From positions 1 through 51,213 of the IMG/VR virus record IMGVR_UViG_3300010939_000106: DNA of 51,213 nucleotides; one strand, written 5' to 3'. The stretch is from a virus. Lineage: Duplodnaviria > Caudoviricetes. This document shows positions 34,657 to 43,484 of the stretch, piece by piece (within the stretch, counting starts at the first letter, position 1; the number at the start of each line of letters is the position of its first letter). The notes below the pieces were generated by a model. That model had not been told where the DNA came from, made no database searches, and saw only the letters and a list, made by a program, of their open reading frames with translations. The position numbers and the translations under genes are program-made.

Positions 34657-35468
34657 GGTCCAGCCTCGGCGACCATTGCGGCGGCGGTTCCCATGCCCGG
34701 GCCCGACGGCGGGTCGGAGTCGGGCAAGGCGAACAGCGGCGCGCCCAGACGGCCGCGAACGGCGTTCGCCTGGGCCACGAGCTGGCGCGCGGTCAGGTTA
34801 TCGCCTCGAAACAGGTAGCCCCCGGTCGCATCGTCGCGGCCAACCGCCTCGCCATGTTCCTCGAGCCACGCCACGACGTACTCCATGACGGCGACGAAGG
34901 CCGGATCGAGATCGGTTTGTGTCGGCGCTCTCGGCGTCTTCTCTGGCCCGGCGGGCGCGACCGCATGGTCGAGCTTCGCGCCCCGGTCATGGCGCTTCCG
35001 GGCGGCCATCCGGTTTACGATGCTGCGGAACTCCGGCGAGCGCCTTAGCCTAAGGAAGCTTACCTTGGTCCGGATCGAGGCTCTTGAGCACCCTTCAAGC
35101 CGGGCTGCGATCTCCGCCATGGGCACGCCCGCCGGCCAGGCTTGTTTGAGATAGGCGATATCTTCGGCTGACCATGGCACCCGTTTACCAGTCGCGCCGG
35201 GCTTCTGTACTCGGCCCCCAGGCCTCGGCCCGGCATGGTCAAGCGGACGCGTGGCCTCGACCGCCGGCTCACCGGTCGGCGCCGACGGTGCCGGCAAAGC
35301 CGGCTGGGTTTGCAAAATCTCCTCGGGCGTGATCACGCCGGTGACGAAGGCCTCGGCTCGGGCCGCGAGCGCGAGGGCCTCCTCGATCCCCTTGCCGTCA
35401 GCGAGCGCCTGGGCCAAGAACTCCGCGCGCCGGATCTCGGCCTCTTGTAAAACCACCTGATCGGTCAT
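34653..35468 (-). CDS. Protein containing a GcrA-like N-terminal HTH domain
   Basis: WSAEDIAYLKQAWPAGVPMAEIAARLEGCSRASIRTKVSFLRL matches the GcrA pattern W..E....L...W..G....IA..L...SR.....K...L.L. Confidence 0.65.
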   Translation of the reverse strand: MTDQVVLQEAEIRRAEFLAQALADGKGIEEALALAARAEAFVTGVITPEEILQTQPALPAPSAPTGEPAVEATRPLDHAGPRPGGRVQKPGATGKRVPWSAEDIAYLKQAWPAGVPMAEIAARLEGCSRASIRTKVSFLRLRRSPEFRSIVNRMAARKRHDRGAKLDHAVAPAGPEKTPRAPTQTDLDPAFVAVMEYVVAWLEEHGEAVGRDDATGGYLFRGDNLTARQLVAQANAVRGRLGAPLFALPDSDPPSGPGMGTAAAMVAEAGP

Positions 35469-36895
35469 GTTACCCCCGCGAACAAACCGGCGTCGGCCTC
35501 GACGCGCTCCCGCGCCATTTCACAGTACTCTGCCTTGCTATCGATCAGGATCGCATCGCGGCCTAAGCGGTCGGCGACCAGCCCGACAGTCCCGGCGCCG
35601 GAGAACGGATCGAGGATCGTGCAAGAAACAGCATCGTTTATGGTGCGAATGTCATCGTTTGTGCAGCTACATGATGGTGACCAGCCGACTGTCGCCGTCT
35701 CGGCAAGAAGATTGTTCCCGCGCCACCCATGATGCCCGCCTGGCGATCCCAAGGCTTGTTTGTCCTCAGACCGTGAGCGCGGGTCGTTGCCGGCCGACGG
35801 GCGATTCTTCCGATACTCAGTTTCCGTCTCCCGTATCCAAGGGCCCCCGCACTCAGGGCAGCATCCTTTCTCCGATGTCCCGGCCTTGACCATCGGCTCG
35901 ACCAGCTTCGGCGGGAAGGTGGCGAAATGGGCCTTGGGATAGGGCGCGGTGGCGATCTCCCAGACATTGCGGAGGTTGCGGCCAATGCCACGCCCGACAT
36001 CGTCAAGACTTTCACGGGCACTACTGTCGTATTGGCTGTGACGCGGCGGTAGGCCACGCGTGCGTCCCTTTTCGCGGTTGCCTTTCTGCTGGGTTTGGCC
36101 GGGAGCGGCATAGCCTTGGCCCGTCAAGTCGTGGGCATTGCACCCGATAGCGCGCTCCCGCACCGCCTCGGCGTCGTAGAAGTACCGCTCCGCTCTTGAA
36201 AACAAGAAGACGTGCTTATATGCCTGGGTCGGGCGGTCGGTTACGGATTCCGGCATCGGATTCGGCTTGGCCCAGATGATGTCGGAGCGCAGCCACCAGC
36301 CGTCGGCTCGGAGCGCGCGTGCGACCTCGAAGGGCATGAGCATCAGATCCTTGGGCTTGAGGCCAAAAGGCACAGGCTCCCATGTTCCTTTTCCGTACCG
36401 TGCCTTTGCTCCCACCTGGGAATATCGTTCCCCTTGCGTTCCACCTCCAAATTTACCTGTGGCTGCATAGACATCGCCCATATTGAGCCACAGCGTCCCG
36501 TCCTTGCGGAGCACCCGCTTGACCGCCCGGAAGCACTCGACGATGTGGGCGAGGTAGAGCTCCGGCGTCGGCTCGAGCCCGAGCTGGCCGCGCCAAGCAC
36601 CGCAGCGGCGGCAGAGTGTGTCCTCTCGCCACCGCGTCCGCTTAAGGCGCTCGGCATTCTCGGGTCCAGGCTTGCTGAACGCCTCGTGCGAACCGACGCT
36701 CCCGCCGCCCTCGCGGTAGTATCGACGCGCAGACCACTCATGCTCGCAGTCCGCTTCCCCGCCCCACACCAGCGGCTCGAGCTTGTAATCCCTGAGCCCG
36801 AAATAGGGCGGGCTGGTGATGCAGCACTGCACCGAACTCGGCTCCATCCCGACCAGCACCTCCCGGCAATCGCCGTGTTCGATCCGGACGCTCAT
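35465..36895 (-). CDS. Beta-class amino DNA methyltransferase (N4-C/N6-A) with Cys-rich inserts
   Basis: TSPPY, IIWAKPNPMPESVTDRP, HFATFP, ILDPFSGAGT; inserts CEH..CRRC and CCPEC..CSC. Confidence 0.92.
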   Translation of the reverse strand: MSVRIEHGDCREVLVGMEPSSVQCCITSPPYFGLRDYKLEPLVWGGEADCEHEWSARRYYREGGGSVGSHEAFSKPGPENAERLKRTRWREDTLCRRCGAWRGQLGLEPTPELYLAHIVECFRAVKRVLRKDGTLWLNMGDVYAATGKFGGGTQGERYSQVGAKARYGKGTWEPVPFGLKPKDLMLMPFEVARALRADGWWLRSDIIWAKPNPMPESVTDRPTQAYKHVFLFSRAERYFYDAEAVRERAIGCNAHDLTGQGYAAPGQTQQKGNREKGRTRGLPPRHSQYDSSARESLDDVGRGIGRNLRNVWEIATAPYPKAHFATFPPKLVEPMVKAGTSEKGCCPECGGPWIRETETEYRKNRPSAGNDPRSRSEDKQALGSPGGHHGWRGNNLLAETATVGWSPSCSCTNDDIRTINDAVSCTILDPFSGAGTVGLVADRLGRDAILIDSKAEYCEMARERVEADAGLFAGVT

Positions 36896-37044
36896 ATCTC
36901 TGGCCGTTTGGGCATCGGTTGTTTTTTAGCCTCCGCCAAAAGGCGCTTCTTGATGCACTTCAGGCATAGGCCACCTTGAACGGCCCCTTTGGCGCCGCAC
37001 TCCTGGCACCGCTTGTTGAAGTCGATCTTGATCGTAACGCTCAC
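36892..37044 (-). CDS. Small zinc-finger protein
   Basis: CQECG...LCLKC; coupled to both neighbours by 4-nt overlaps. Confidence 0.55.
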   Translation of the reverse strand: MSVTIKIDFNKRCQECGAKGAVQGGLCLKCIKKRLLAEAKKQPMPKRPEI

Positions 37045-37514
37045 CTCGCCCCCTCCCCGGCCGCTTCGCACAGCAGGTCCAGGACCGCGCCGAACACCGA
37101 GGCCGGCAGCCGTGGGCCGCGGCGGCCCGGCCGGTCCAGGGCCCCGGGATCCGGTGGCTCCCCGATGACCGGTGCCGCGGCCGGCACCCGGCCTATGCTC
37201 TTGGCCAAGGCCGCCGGCGGGATCCCGTGCTGGAGCGCGACCGAAGTCTGGACGGCGAAATCGGCGAGCATCGCGGCCACGTCGAAGCCGCCGCCACCGG
37301 CAAGCAACGCCTCCAAGGGGCGTTCTCCCGGATGATCGAAATTGCGCCTGGCGCGGTCGAGAAAGACCTCGAGGGGCCGCCCGCCGGGGCGGTCGAAGCC
37401 GATATCGACGGTGACGATCCATCTCTCGAGCACCAGATCGTGAAGCTCAGCTATCCGCCGGTCGGGCAGGCGCGTCCTGATCGGTACAGCCATGGCTTGC
37501 GATTTAGGGCTCAT
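37041..37514 (-). CDS. Stand-alone TSCPD-like domain (class II ribonucleotide reductase C-terminal homologue)
   Basis: RTRLPDRR...RPLEVFL...SVALQHGIP...ASVFGAVLD. Confidence 0.65.
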   Translation of the reverse strand: MSPKSQAMAVPIRTRLPDRRIAELHDLVLERWIVTVDIGFDRPGGRPLEVFLDRARRNFDHPGERPLEALLAGGGGFDVAAMLADFAVQTSVALQHGIPPAALAKSIGRVPAAAPVIGEPPDPGALDRPGRRGPRLPASVFGAVLDLLCEAAGEGAR

Positions 37515-37950
37515 CGCAGCAAGACCGACGCGACCGGGCCTGCGCCTCTCGATCTAGCGCGCTCTCAAGCACGTGCTTCAAATCCGGCGGGCGATAGTTT
37601 GGCCCCTTGCCTATCTTGCCGGACGCATCGACAAACGGTTTGCCGGAGCGGTCGAGCTTGGTCATGTTCGATTCGTGGACCTCGGCGCAGCCGGCCTCGA
37701 AATGCTTCTTGAACCCGAACGAGAGGATCGTGCTGTCGAGGACGTATCTGAGGTCGATCACGGCGTCGAAAACCGCGATCAGGTCGTGCGCCAGCACCGC
37801 CCGCAGGAGTTCATTTGTCTCCTCGCCTAACGCGGCGATTCGGCCGACCATCTCGAAGTCGTCGCTCGGCCAGCCTGGGGCGTCGCGGATGGTCAGCCCG
37901 AACGCCCGGTGGAACTCCGCCACCCGCGCGATGTTGGAATCCTCAGGCAT
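37504..37950 (-). CDS. MazG/PRA-PH-like nucleotide pyrophosphohydrolase
   Basis: VAEFHRAFG, EETNEL, DAVIDLRYV, EVHESNMTK, GKIGKGPNYRPPDL. Confidence 0.88.
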   Translation of the reverse strand: MPEDSNIARVAEFHRAFGLTIRDAPGWPSDDFEMVGRIAALGEETNELLRAVLAHDLIAVFDAVIDLRYVLDSTILSFGFKKHFEAGCAEVHESNMTKLDRSGKPFVDASGKIGKGPNYRPPDLKHVLESALDREAQARSRRSCCDEP

Positions 37951-38404
37951 TGGCGATCTCGAGCAATGGATCTACGTGGCATGGATCACAGTCGTCGCAG
38001 TGCTCGCCTAAGGGCTTACCGCCCGCATGGTTGAAACAGAGGCGGCACCAGCATGCGAGGTTCTTGCCGCGCAGCGGTGCCAGCCACGCGGCATAGGCCT
38101 TCGGCGCGGTGTCGTAGAAGTGGGTCGCCAGGACCTGGAATAGCCGCACCGCGATGGCAGGGGCCTCGGCGGTCCACTGCGGGGCACCTGCGAGCTCGGC
38201 TCCGTGCGGCACCGCGAAGAAGGCGCGGTAAAGTCCGTCATGGGTATTGCCGGACCAATCATAGGCCTTCACGAGCGCCCGCCGGAGGGCGCCCACCGGC
38301 CACGGGTTACCCCAGCGGCTGGGCCGCGCGACGCTCACCGTGTTCGGCGGCATCCGCCAGCCCTTGGTTCGCCGGCGCTGGACGCGGATCGGGCGGTCAG
38401 CCAT
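37943..38404 (-). CDS. DUF4326-family protein
   Basis: RPSRWGNPW...LRGKNLACWC...CHVDPLLEIAN. Confidence 0.85.
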   Translation of the reverse strand: MADRPIRVQRRRTKGWRMPPNTVSVARPSRWGNPWPVGALRRALVKAYDWSGNTHDGLYRAFFAVPHGAELAGAPQWTAEAPAIAVRLFQVLATHFYDTAPKAYAAWLAPLRGKNLACWCRLCFNHAGGKPLGEHCDDCDPCHVDPLLEIANA

Positions 38405-38717
38405 CGCCCAGCACCTGGTCTGTCTGCATGAAGCGCGTGAGTTGGCGGCGCTTATTCTTTCGGCCCGTCTCGATAGCTTTGGGGAGCACTAGCCCGGCAT
38501 TGATGGCAAGGTCTATCATTTCCATGAGATCGCCGATCTCCAAACCGAGGCGAAAAGCGTTGTTGAGCAACTGACCCGGTTGTACTTCTTCCGGGCCAAA
38601 CCGCAGGAGTTTGGTGGCTCGTTGCTGGACCTCTGCGCACTCTTCAATCATAACCGTTATCACTTCGCGTTGGTGCGGCGTCGGGGGAGGAGCACGGGAT
38701 ACGAAACGCTCAGCCAT
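38397..38717 (-). CDS. Second MazG-like protein
   Basis: EECAEVQQRATKLLRFG...LEIGDL; start re-assigned to ATG 38717. Confidence 0.7.
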   Translation of the reverse strand: MAERFVSRAPPPTPHQREVITVMIEECAEVQQRATKLLRFGPEEVQPGQLLNNAFRLGLEIGDLMEMIDLAINAGLVLPKAIETGRKNKRRQLTRFMQTDQVLGDG

Positions 38718-39795
38718 CGGAGTACTCCCTGATGCGAAGATCGGATGGCCACTCGGCCATATCGCCGCCCTTGGGGTCGCGCAGCGGCCATTCGACGGTG
38801 TATCGGTGGCCGTCACGCGAGAGCACTTTGGCTTGCCGGGTTTCGGATATTCCGTCCACCCAGACACCGATCGTCTCGAGGTTTACCGGGACTTGCTTCG
38901 GCGACGTGCAGATTTCTCTCGACCGCGCCCCCAACTGCTTGATGAACACCGGCACGTTCGCTTCCCGGCACTGGTCGCGGATTGACCGCACCCACGCAAG
39001 CTCGCAAGGCCGGGCTCCGGGGCCACTTTCGCCACCGACGATGACCCACTGCACGCGTCGATGCGGGCCGCTGATCGCGGTTCGGCCATGCTCGCCTGCC
39101 GTCAGGCGCTTGCCTGGCGCGCACTGGTGCTCCCAGCCTGTCAGGGCGTCCCAATAGACCCGGCGATCGCCGTAGCCGTGCGTCCGCTTGATGCCCAGAT
39201 CAAGCCGGGTGAGATCAATCGGCCCCAGCAACGGCTCGCAGGACAGAAGCCTGACCGCTGCCAGAGTCTTGAGCACATACGGAATGCGCTCGTTGGCGCG
39301 CTTCTGATCCTCGACCGAGGGACCGACCCAAACGTTCGGAAGGGGCCATCCTTCCCGTGGTCCACGTTGCGCCCATAACTGTCCCAGCCGTTCGATCTGT
39401 TGCTGCATTCGCTCGGCCCGTTTGGTTAAGACCTGGAATTGATGCTGTGGTGCGTTCTCCATGACGCCAAATATTGATTCGATCCACTCGTCCGGTACAT
39501 CGGGGTGGAACAAGTCGGACATCGAGTTGACGAAGATACGCTTGGGCTTCCGCCAGCGGAGCGGCGCGGTCAGGGTCGCCTCGTTAGTCAGCCAGACCAC
39601 GCCGTTCCACACCACCTTGCCGTTGACGACATCGGTGAGGCCGCCGTACTTCGCGCCTGTCTTGCCGCCCACGTGTGAGAGTCGGTGGGCGAGCCGCATC
39701 GCGTAGCAGTTGGTGCAGCCGGGCGAGACCAGGGAGCAACCGGTGATCGGGTTCCAGGTCGCGTTCGTCCATTCAATTTTCGAGGTCTCACTCAT
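38710..39795 (-). CDS. Phage Gp37/Gp68 (DUF5131) radical-SAM-like protein
   Basis: IEWTNATWNPITGCSLVSPGCTNCYA, FVNSMSDLFH, QVLTKR, WVIVGGESG. Confidence 0.93.
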   Translation of the reverse strand: MSETSKIEWTNATWNPITGCSLVSPGCTNCYAMRLAHRLSHVGGKTGAKYGGLTDVVNGKVVWNGVVWLTNEATLTAPLRWRKPKRIFVNSMSDLFHPDVPDEWIESIFGVMENAPQHQFQVLTKRAERMQQQIERLGQLWAQRGPREGWPLPNVWVGPSVEDQKRANERIPYVLKTLAAVRLLSCEPLLGPIDLTRLDLGIKRTHGYGDRRVYWDALTGWEHQCAPGKRLTAGEHGRTAISGPHRRVQWVIVGGESGPGARPCELAWVRSIRDQCREANVPVFIKQLGARSREICTSPKQVPVNLETIGVWVDGISETRQAKVLSRDGHRYTVEWPLRDPKGGDMAEWPSDLRIREYSDG

Positions 39796-40103
39796 TCCGG
39801 CGGCTCCGGTGCGGCGGCGAGCACGATTTGAATATACATCCTTGCTCCGCCTTCTCCGCCGTGCGCTTTAGAGACAACGCGACTTAGCCACTCTTCCGTT
39901 GGCTTCTTCGGCACCACCCGCCAGCCATCGGGGATGCTTGGCCTCTCCCGTGCCTCCGCCAACGCCTCTTGCCGCACCTTCTGCAATTCAGGAAGGATCA
40001 AGTCGCGGATTGCCTGCCACGTCCGGATCCGGCCCCTGAGGACGTGGTTCACGGTGTTGGCAATATCCTGAGCGCGGTCAGAAAGCGAAGATTGATCAGC
40101 CAT
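39792..40103 (-). CDS. Hypothetical phage protein
   Basis: IPDGWRVVPKKPTEE...LAAAP pattern; coupled overlaps. Confidence 0.6.
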   Translation of the reverse strand: MADQSSLSDRAQDIANTVNHVLRGRIRTWQAIRDLILPELQKVRQEALAEARERPSIPDGWRVVPKKPTEEWLSRVVSKAHGGEGGARMYIQIVLAAAPEPPE

Positions 40104-40413
40104 CGGGCTCCTCGTATCTATCCCACATGGCTTGCCAAGCGTGAAATGCCTGAGCCGCGCTTATTTCCATGCTCACATCGGAGCCCGATTGAACCATCTC
40201 CTTTGTCGGCTCCTTCGGTCTAATCCCAAGGGCCTTTATGGCGAGAGCATCTTTGTGGGCTTTGATGGCGGCGGTCGCTTCCGGCTTAAATTCTGGCCAA
40301 ATGCGATCAATTTCAATCGCAACACCAATATTCTTCAGCTTTCCGACATACTGCCTTGTCAATTGAGCATAAGCTATTGCCCGCGCCACAGCCTCAATCA
40401 TCTCATCGGTCAT
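40096..40413 (-). CDS. Hypothetical phage protein
   Basis: MIEAVARAI...A.AAI...EPTKEM...WQAM pattern. Confidence 0.6.
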   Translation of the reverse strand: MTDEMIEAVARAIAYAQLTRQYVGKLKNIGVAIEIDRIWPEFKPEATAAIKAHKDALAIKALGIRPKEPTKEMVQSGSDVSMEISAAQAFHAWQAMWDRYEEPDG

Positions 40414-41155
40414 CGCTTGTCTCCGGCGAGTCAGGTATCAGCATCTTCCCGCCTCCATGCTGCTGCAGCCATAAATCTCTAAATGCCGGGGCCAGCCGCC
40501 TCTGCTTGCGTCGGGTACAGGGTTTAAGCACCAGCAGTAATGCGGCCTGCTCCCATATCCGAACCCCGGCTCGGAGGAGTGGTCCCTGGCCAGGTGTCAC
40601 CCCTCCTTTCCCATGCATTTCGTCACCCTCTACCGCGCAAAAAGAGCGCCGCCGGGTGGCTCGGCAGCGCCCTTGACCGGCCACGTCAGACCATGTCTTT
40701 CCTTGCCTGATTAGGCTGATGGTTGTCCGGTGCACTCCGTACTCGGCAGCCACCACCCGCGCGATGCGCGGATCAGCCCGGATCGTGCGAACATCGGCGA
40801 CCGTGAGCTTCGCATTATTGTTTGCTTGGCCGACCTGGTAGCTTGTCGTCGCCCGACCCTTGACGCGCCGGTCGGCCATGTTTTCGTCATTCGTGCCCAG
40901 CCCCAGATGGGCCGGATTACAGCACGCGGGATTGTCGCAGCTGTGGCAGACGCATTGATTTCCTGGGATCGGGCCCTTGCACATCGCCCAGGCGCGGCGA
41001 TGCGCATAAATCACCTTTCCGCCGCGTTTGAGCTTTCCGTAGCCCCACCGATCTCGGTAGCCCATCCACGGCCAGCATTGATCCACTGACCCTATATCGA
41101 TCTTTGCCGCAAATCGCGGATCGGCGGGGAATTGACGTTGAGCAAAAGGAAGCAT
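40403..41155 (-). CDS. Free-standing HNH endonuclease with a C-terminal HTH (last ~70 aa may be a separate ORF)
   Basis: CWPW.G...GYG...AHRRAW...VCHSCDNPACCNPAHL..GT...NMAD; NAKLT...VAAEYGV...ISLIRQGKTW. Confidence 0.88.
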   Translation of the reverse strand: MLPFAQRQFPADPRFAAKIDIGSVDQCWPWMGYRDRWGYGKLKRGGKVIYAHRRAWAMCKGPIPGNQCVCHSCDNPACCNPAHLGLGTNDENMADRRVKGRATTSYQVGQANNNAKLTVADVRTIRADPRIARVVAAEYGVHRTTISLIRQGKTWSDVAGQGRCRATRRRSFCAVEGDEMHGKGGVTPGQGPLLRAGVRIWEQAALLLVLKPCTRRKQRRLAPAFRDLWLQQHGGGKMLIPDSPETSDDR

Positions 41156-41518
41156 GCGACCCCTCGATCCGTCGAGTGTCTGGCAGCTTCCTCCCTGGGT
41201 CCTGGCGCGACCGGTTGACCCGGCCGTCTTGTGCGCCTTGTCAGGCGCGCGGTGCCACGCCTGTCGTCAATATTTCGTATCTATTTCAGATTTAAACACA
41301 ATCTCTTGTGGTTATTTATCCTTGAATCTGTTTGTACTTGAGCCATGGGCTAGAAATACATTAAGCTCGCCGGGCTTCTGTTCATGATTTAAAGGCCTGA
41401 TGGCAGTCAGGCCCTAATACTTGTCTCCTAGCCAGGACGCCTGATTAGGCTCAAACCCCGGCCTCCTTGAACCTCCATGTTTCATGCGGCCCGCACGCCC
41501 GCCGACAGGCGGGGTGCG

Positions 41519-41731
41519 TCATGCCGCCTGAGCGGACTGCCGGTCGGCGAAGAAGTCGTTCGCGGTGACCCGCCCCTGGGTCGCCTTGACGATGCGCGCC
41601 ATGATCTCGCAGGACGGGATCCTCCGCCCGTTCGCGTACCTCGTCACGGTCGAGCGACTTTTCACTCCGATCCGACGGCCGAATTCGGCGTAGGTCGTTT
41701 CCGTTTGTTCGAGATAGTCCGACAAGCGCAT
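41519..41731 (-). CDS. Cro-like HTH regulator
   Basis: 70 aa XRE HTH ending TQGRVTANDF; divergent from the repressor. Confidence 0.85.
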   Translation of the reverse strand: MRLSDYLEQTETTYAEFGRRIGVKSRSTVTRYANGRRIPSCEIMARIVKATQGRVTANDFFADRQSAQAA

Positions 41732-41739
41732 GGTGCCTT

Positions 41740-41787
41740 GTAGTCAAAACGGCAACGCGTTGTCAAGAACGTTTCCGCTTTGGGTGC
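41740..41787. promoter_or_regulatory. Immunity region: two 17-bp operators around a minus-strand TTGACA
   Basis: GTTGCC-GTTTT-GACTAC (reverse of 41740-41756), GTTTCC-GCTTT-GGGTGC (41771-41787), TGTCAA at 41761-41766. Confidence 0.6.
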
Positions 41788-41837
41788 TATGCGCCCCGCG
41801 AGGACACAATTAAAAAGCAGGCTTGAGCCAGGGGCCC

Positions 41838-42275
41838 ATGACGAACCGCATCCGTGAGATTCGGCAGTCGCGCAACATGTCGCTGCAACAGGTTGCCGAT
41901 CGGGTTGGCACGACCCGCGCCCAGGTCATGCGCCTGGAAACCGGCGAACGGCGCCTCACCGACACCTGGATGTATCGCCTCGGCCGCGCTCTTGACTGCC
42001 ATCCCGCCGAGTTTCTGGTAAACTCCGTCCCCGGATGTTCGCCCAAGGACCCGCTCGCCGAAGAGCTCGTGATCCGCGCCGTCGAGGAGATCCTGACCTA
42101 CGTGAAAGAGGAACGACTCGACCTCGACCCAGCGGAGGTTGCCGCCGGCGTGATCGAGCTTTATCGCCAGTACGACGAGATCGCCCGCCGCCCCCCGGCT
42201 GTTACCCTCGGCGGAAACGTCGTGAAGTTCCCCGCCGAACGGCGAAGTAGACGGGCGGTCAAGGATATCCTATGA
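41838..42275 (+). CDS. CI-like repressor (XRE HTH; no peptidase S24 domain seen)
   Basis: NRIREIRQSRNMSLQQVADRVGTTRAQVMRLETGERRL. Confidence 0.85.
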   Translation: MTNRIREIRQSRNMSLQQVADRVGTTRAQVMRLETGERRLTDTWMYRLGRALDCHPAEFLVNSVPGCSPKDPLAEELVIRAVEEILTYVKEERLDLDPAEVAAGVIELYRQYDEIARRPPAVTLGGNVVKFPAERRSRRAVKDIL

Positions 42276-42296
42276 TCTCGGCTAGCATAGGAGCAT

Positions 42297-42560
42297 ATGA
42301 TGAGAAACGTTCTGCTTGCGGCGCTCCTGTTGCTTGCCCCTGCGCCCGCAGCGGCCTACCATAACCTCACCCCCCATGACGATCCTCTTGCGGTCCATGA
42401 CGCAGGTAACGCCGCCTCAGACTGGTTCCGTGACTACATGCTCCGCGGCGAGATGGATCAGCTGCGCCGGGAGCAGGAGCGGCTGCGCCGGGAGCAGGAG
42501 CGGCTGCGCCGGGAACAAGAGCGGCTGGACGCCGAAAATCGCGGCTCTTTGCTGTATTGA
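42297..42560 (+). CDS. Small secreted protein with a (LRREQER)x3 coiled coil
   Basis: Signal peptide; 21-bp tandem repeat; RBS AGGAG. Confidence 0.65.
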   Translation: MMRNVLLAALLLLAPAPAAAYHNLTPHDDPLAVHDAGNAASDWFRDYMLRGEMDQLRREQERLRREQERLRREQERLDAENRGSLLY

Positions 42561-42621
42561 GCCGCGCCTGCCAGACGCGGCTACGGCACCAGCCTGGCTT
42601 GGTATAGGGGACGGGGAGTAA

Positions 42622-42858
42622 ATGGTGAAGGCGTGGCGCGACATGGATCTGGACCGCCGGGTCGCCGCCCTCTCGCTTGTATTGTGGGGGGCAGGCATAT
42701 ATCCGGTCTATGCGTTCATATTGTGGGTTCACGCGGCGGCTGACTGGTGGTTCCTAGATTATCTTACCTATATCCTGGCGTTCTGTTGGTTCTATCTTCT
42801 GATCCCCTTGCATAAATACATCGGCTGGTTTTTCGAGAAACGCGACTTGGGATCCTGA
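42622..42858 (+). CDS. Small two-TM membrane protein
   Basis: Aromatic-rich hydrophobic helices; RBS GGAG; downstream of the repressor. Confidence 0.6.
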   Translation: MVKAWRDMDLDRRVAALSLVLWGAGIYPVYAFILWVHAAADWWFLDYLTYILAFCWFYLLIPLHKYIGWFFEKRDLGS

Positions 42859-42923
42859 CCACCCCTGCGCAAAGCTGACCACATCTGCGCAAAGCTGACC
42901 ATCCCTACGCAAAGCTGATCACC
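42855..42923. repeat. 20-bp tandem repeat, about 3.5 copies
   Basis: ctgaccacccctgcgcaaag / ctgaccacatctgcgcaaag / ctgaccatccctacgcaaag / ctgatcacc. Confidence 0.85.
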
Positions 42924-42987
42924 TGAGCGCTCCCCACGTCAATCGCGGCCGGACTGAGCGGCCCTGCCACGGTTTTTTGCCGTTGAA

Positions 42988-43038
42988 GTTGCCGGTCTGG
43001 AACGACTGGTTGACAGTTGTTCCCAAATCGGATACAGG
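42988..43038 (+). promoter_or_regulatory. Early rightward promoter with two repressor-type operators
   Basis: TTGACA at 43010; GTTGCC-GGTCT-GGAACG (42988-43004) and GTTCCC-AAATC-GGATAC (43019-43035) resemble the CI/Cro operators. Confidence 0.6.
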
Positions 43039-43076
43039 TATCGTTCCAACGTGCCCGACAACCAGCTGGCGGAGCC

Positions 43077-43484
43077 ATGCCAACCCAACCCGCCCTGTTC
43101 GCGGCCGATCTTGAGCCGTTGCCTGTGTCGGACGATCTGCCCGCGCTCATCCGAAGATTCGCCCGGAAACTGGCCACCCTCCATGGCGGCGATCCGGACG
43201 CACCGCTCATCGACGACGGTGATACGCCAGCCTGGCACTATCACATCGATGATGCCCACGAACTCCTCGAGGGCCTGATCGGCCTCCTCGCACGAGACAC
43301 CCTTCCGAGCGATGTTGTCAGCCGAAGGCGCCAGCGCGCCGCGGCGAAGACGCTCAGGGCGCTGATGAAAAGCGATCAGCCGTTGCCGCCGGGCAATGAC
43401 CTCGGCCAGCGTCTGCGACACGGAGGACTAGAGCCATGCACATTTCCATCCTACTCGAGCCGAAGAAGCTGGCGCTCAACTTGA
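43077..43484 (+). CDS. Early hypothetical protein
   Basis: First ATG with GGAG after the promoter. Confidence 0.45.
   Translation: MPTQPALFAADLEPLPVSDDLPALIRRFARKLATLHGGDPDAPLIDDGDTPAWHYHIDDAHELLEGLIGLLARDTLPSDVVSRRRQRAAAKTLRALMKSDQPLPPGNDLGQRLRHGGLEPCTFPSYSSRRSWRST

Noticed and set aside
40705-41451. 13-bp GCCTGATTAGGCT present at 40705 and 41439
   Set aside because: One copy is inside the HNH coding region, so they do not bracket the gene; could be chance.
42855-42923. Mini-CRISPR array
   Set aside because: 20-bp period, no unique spacers and no cas genes.
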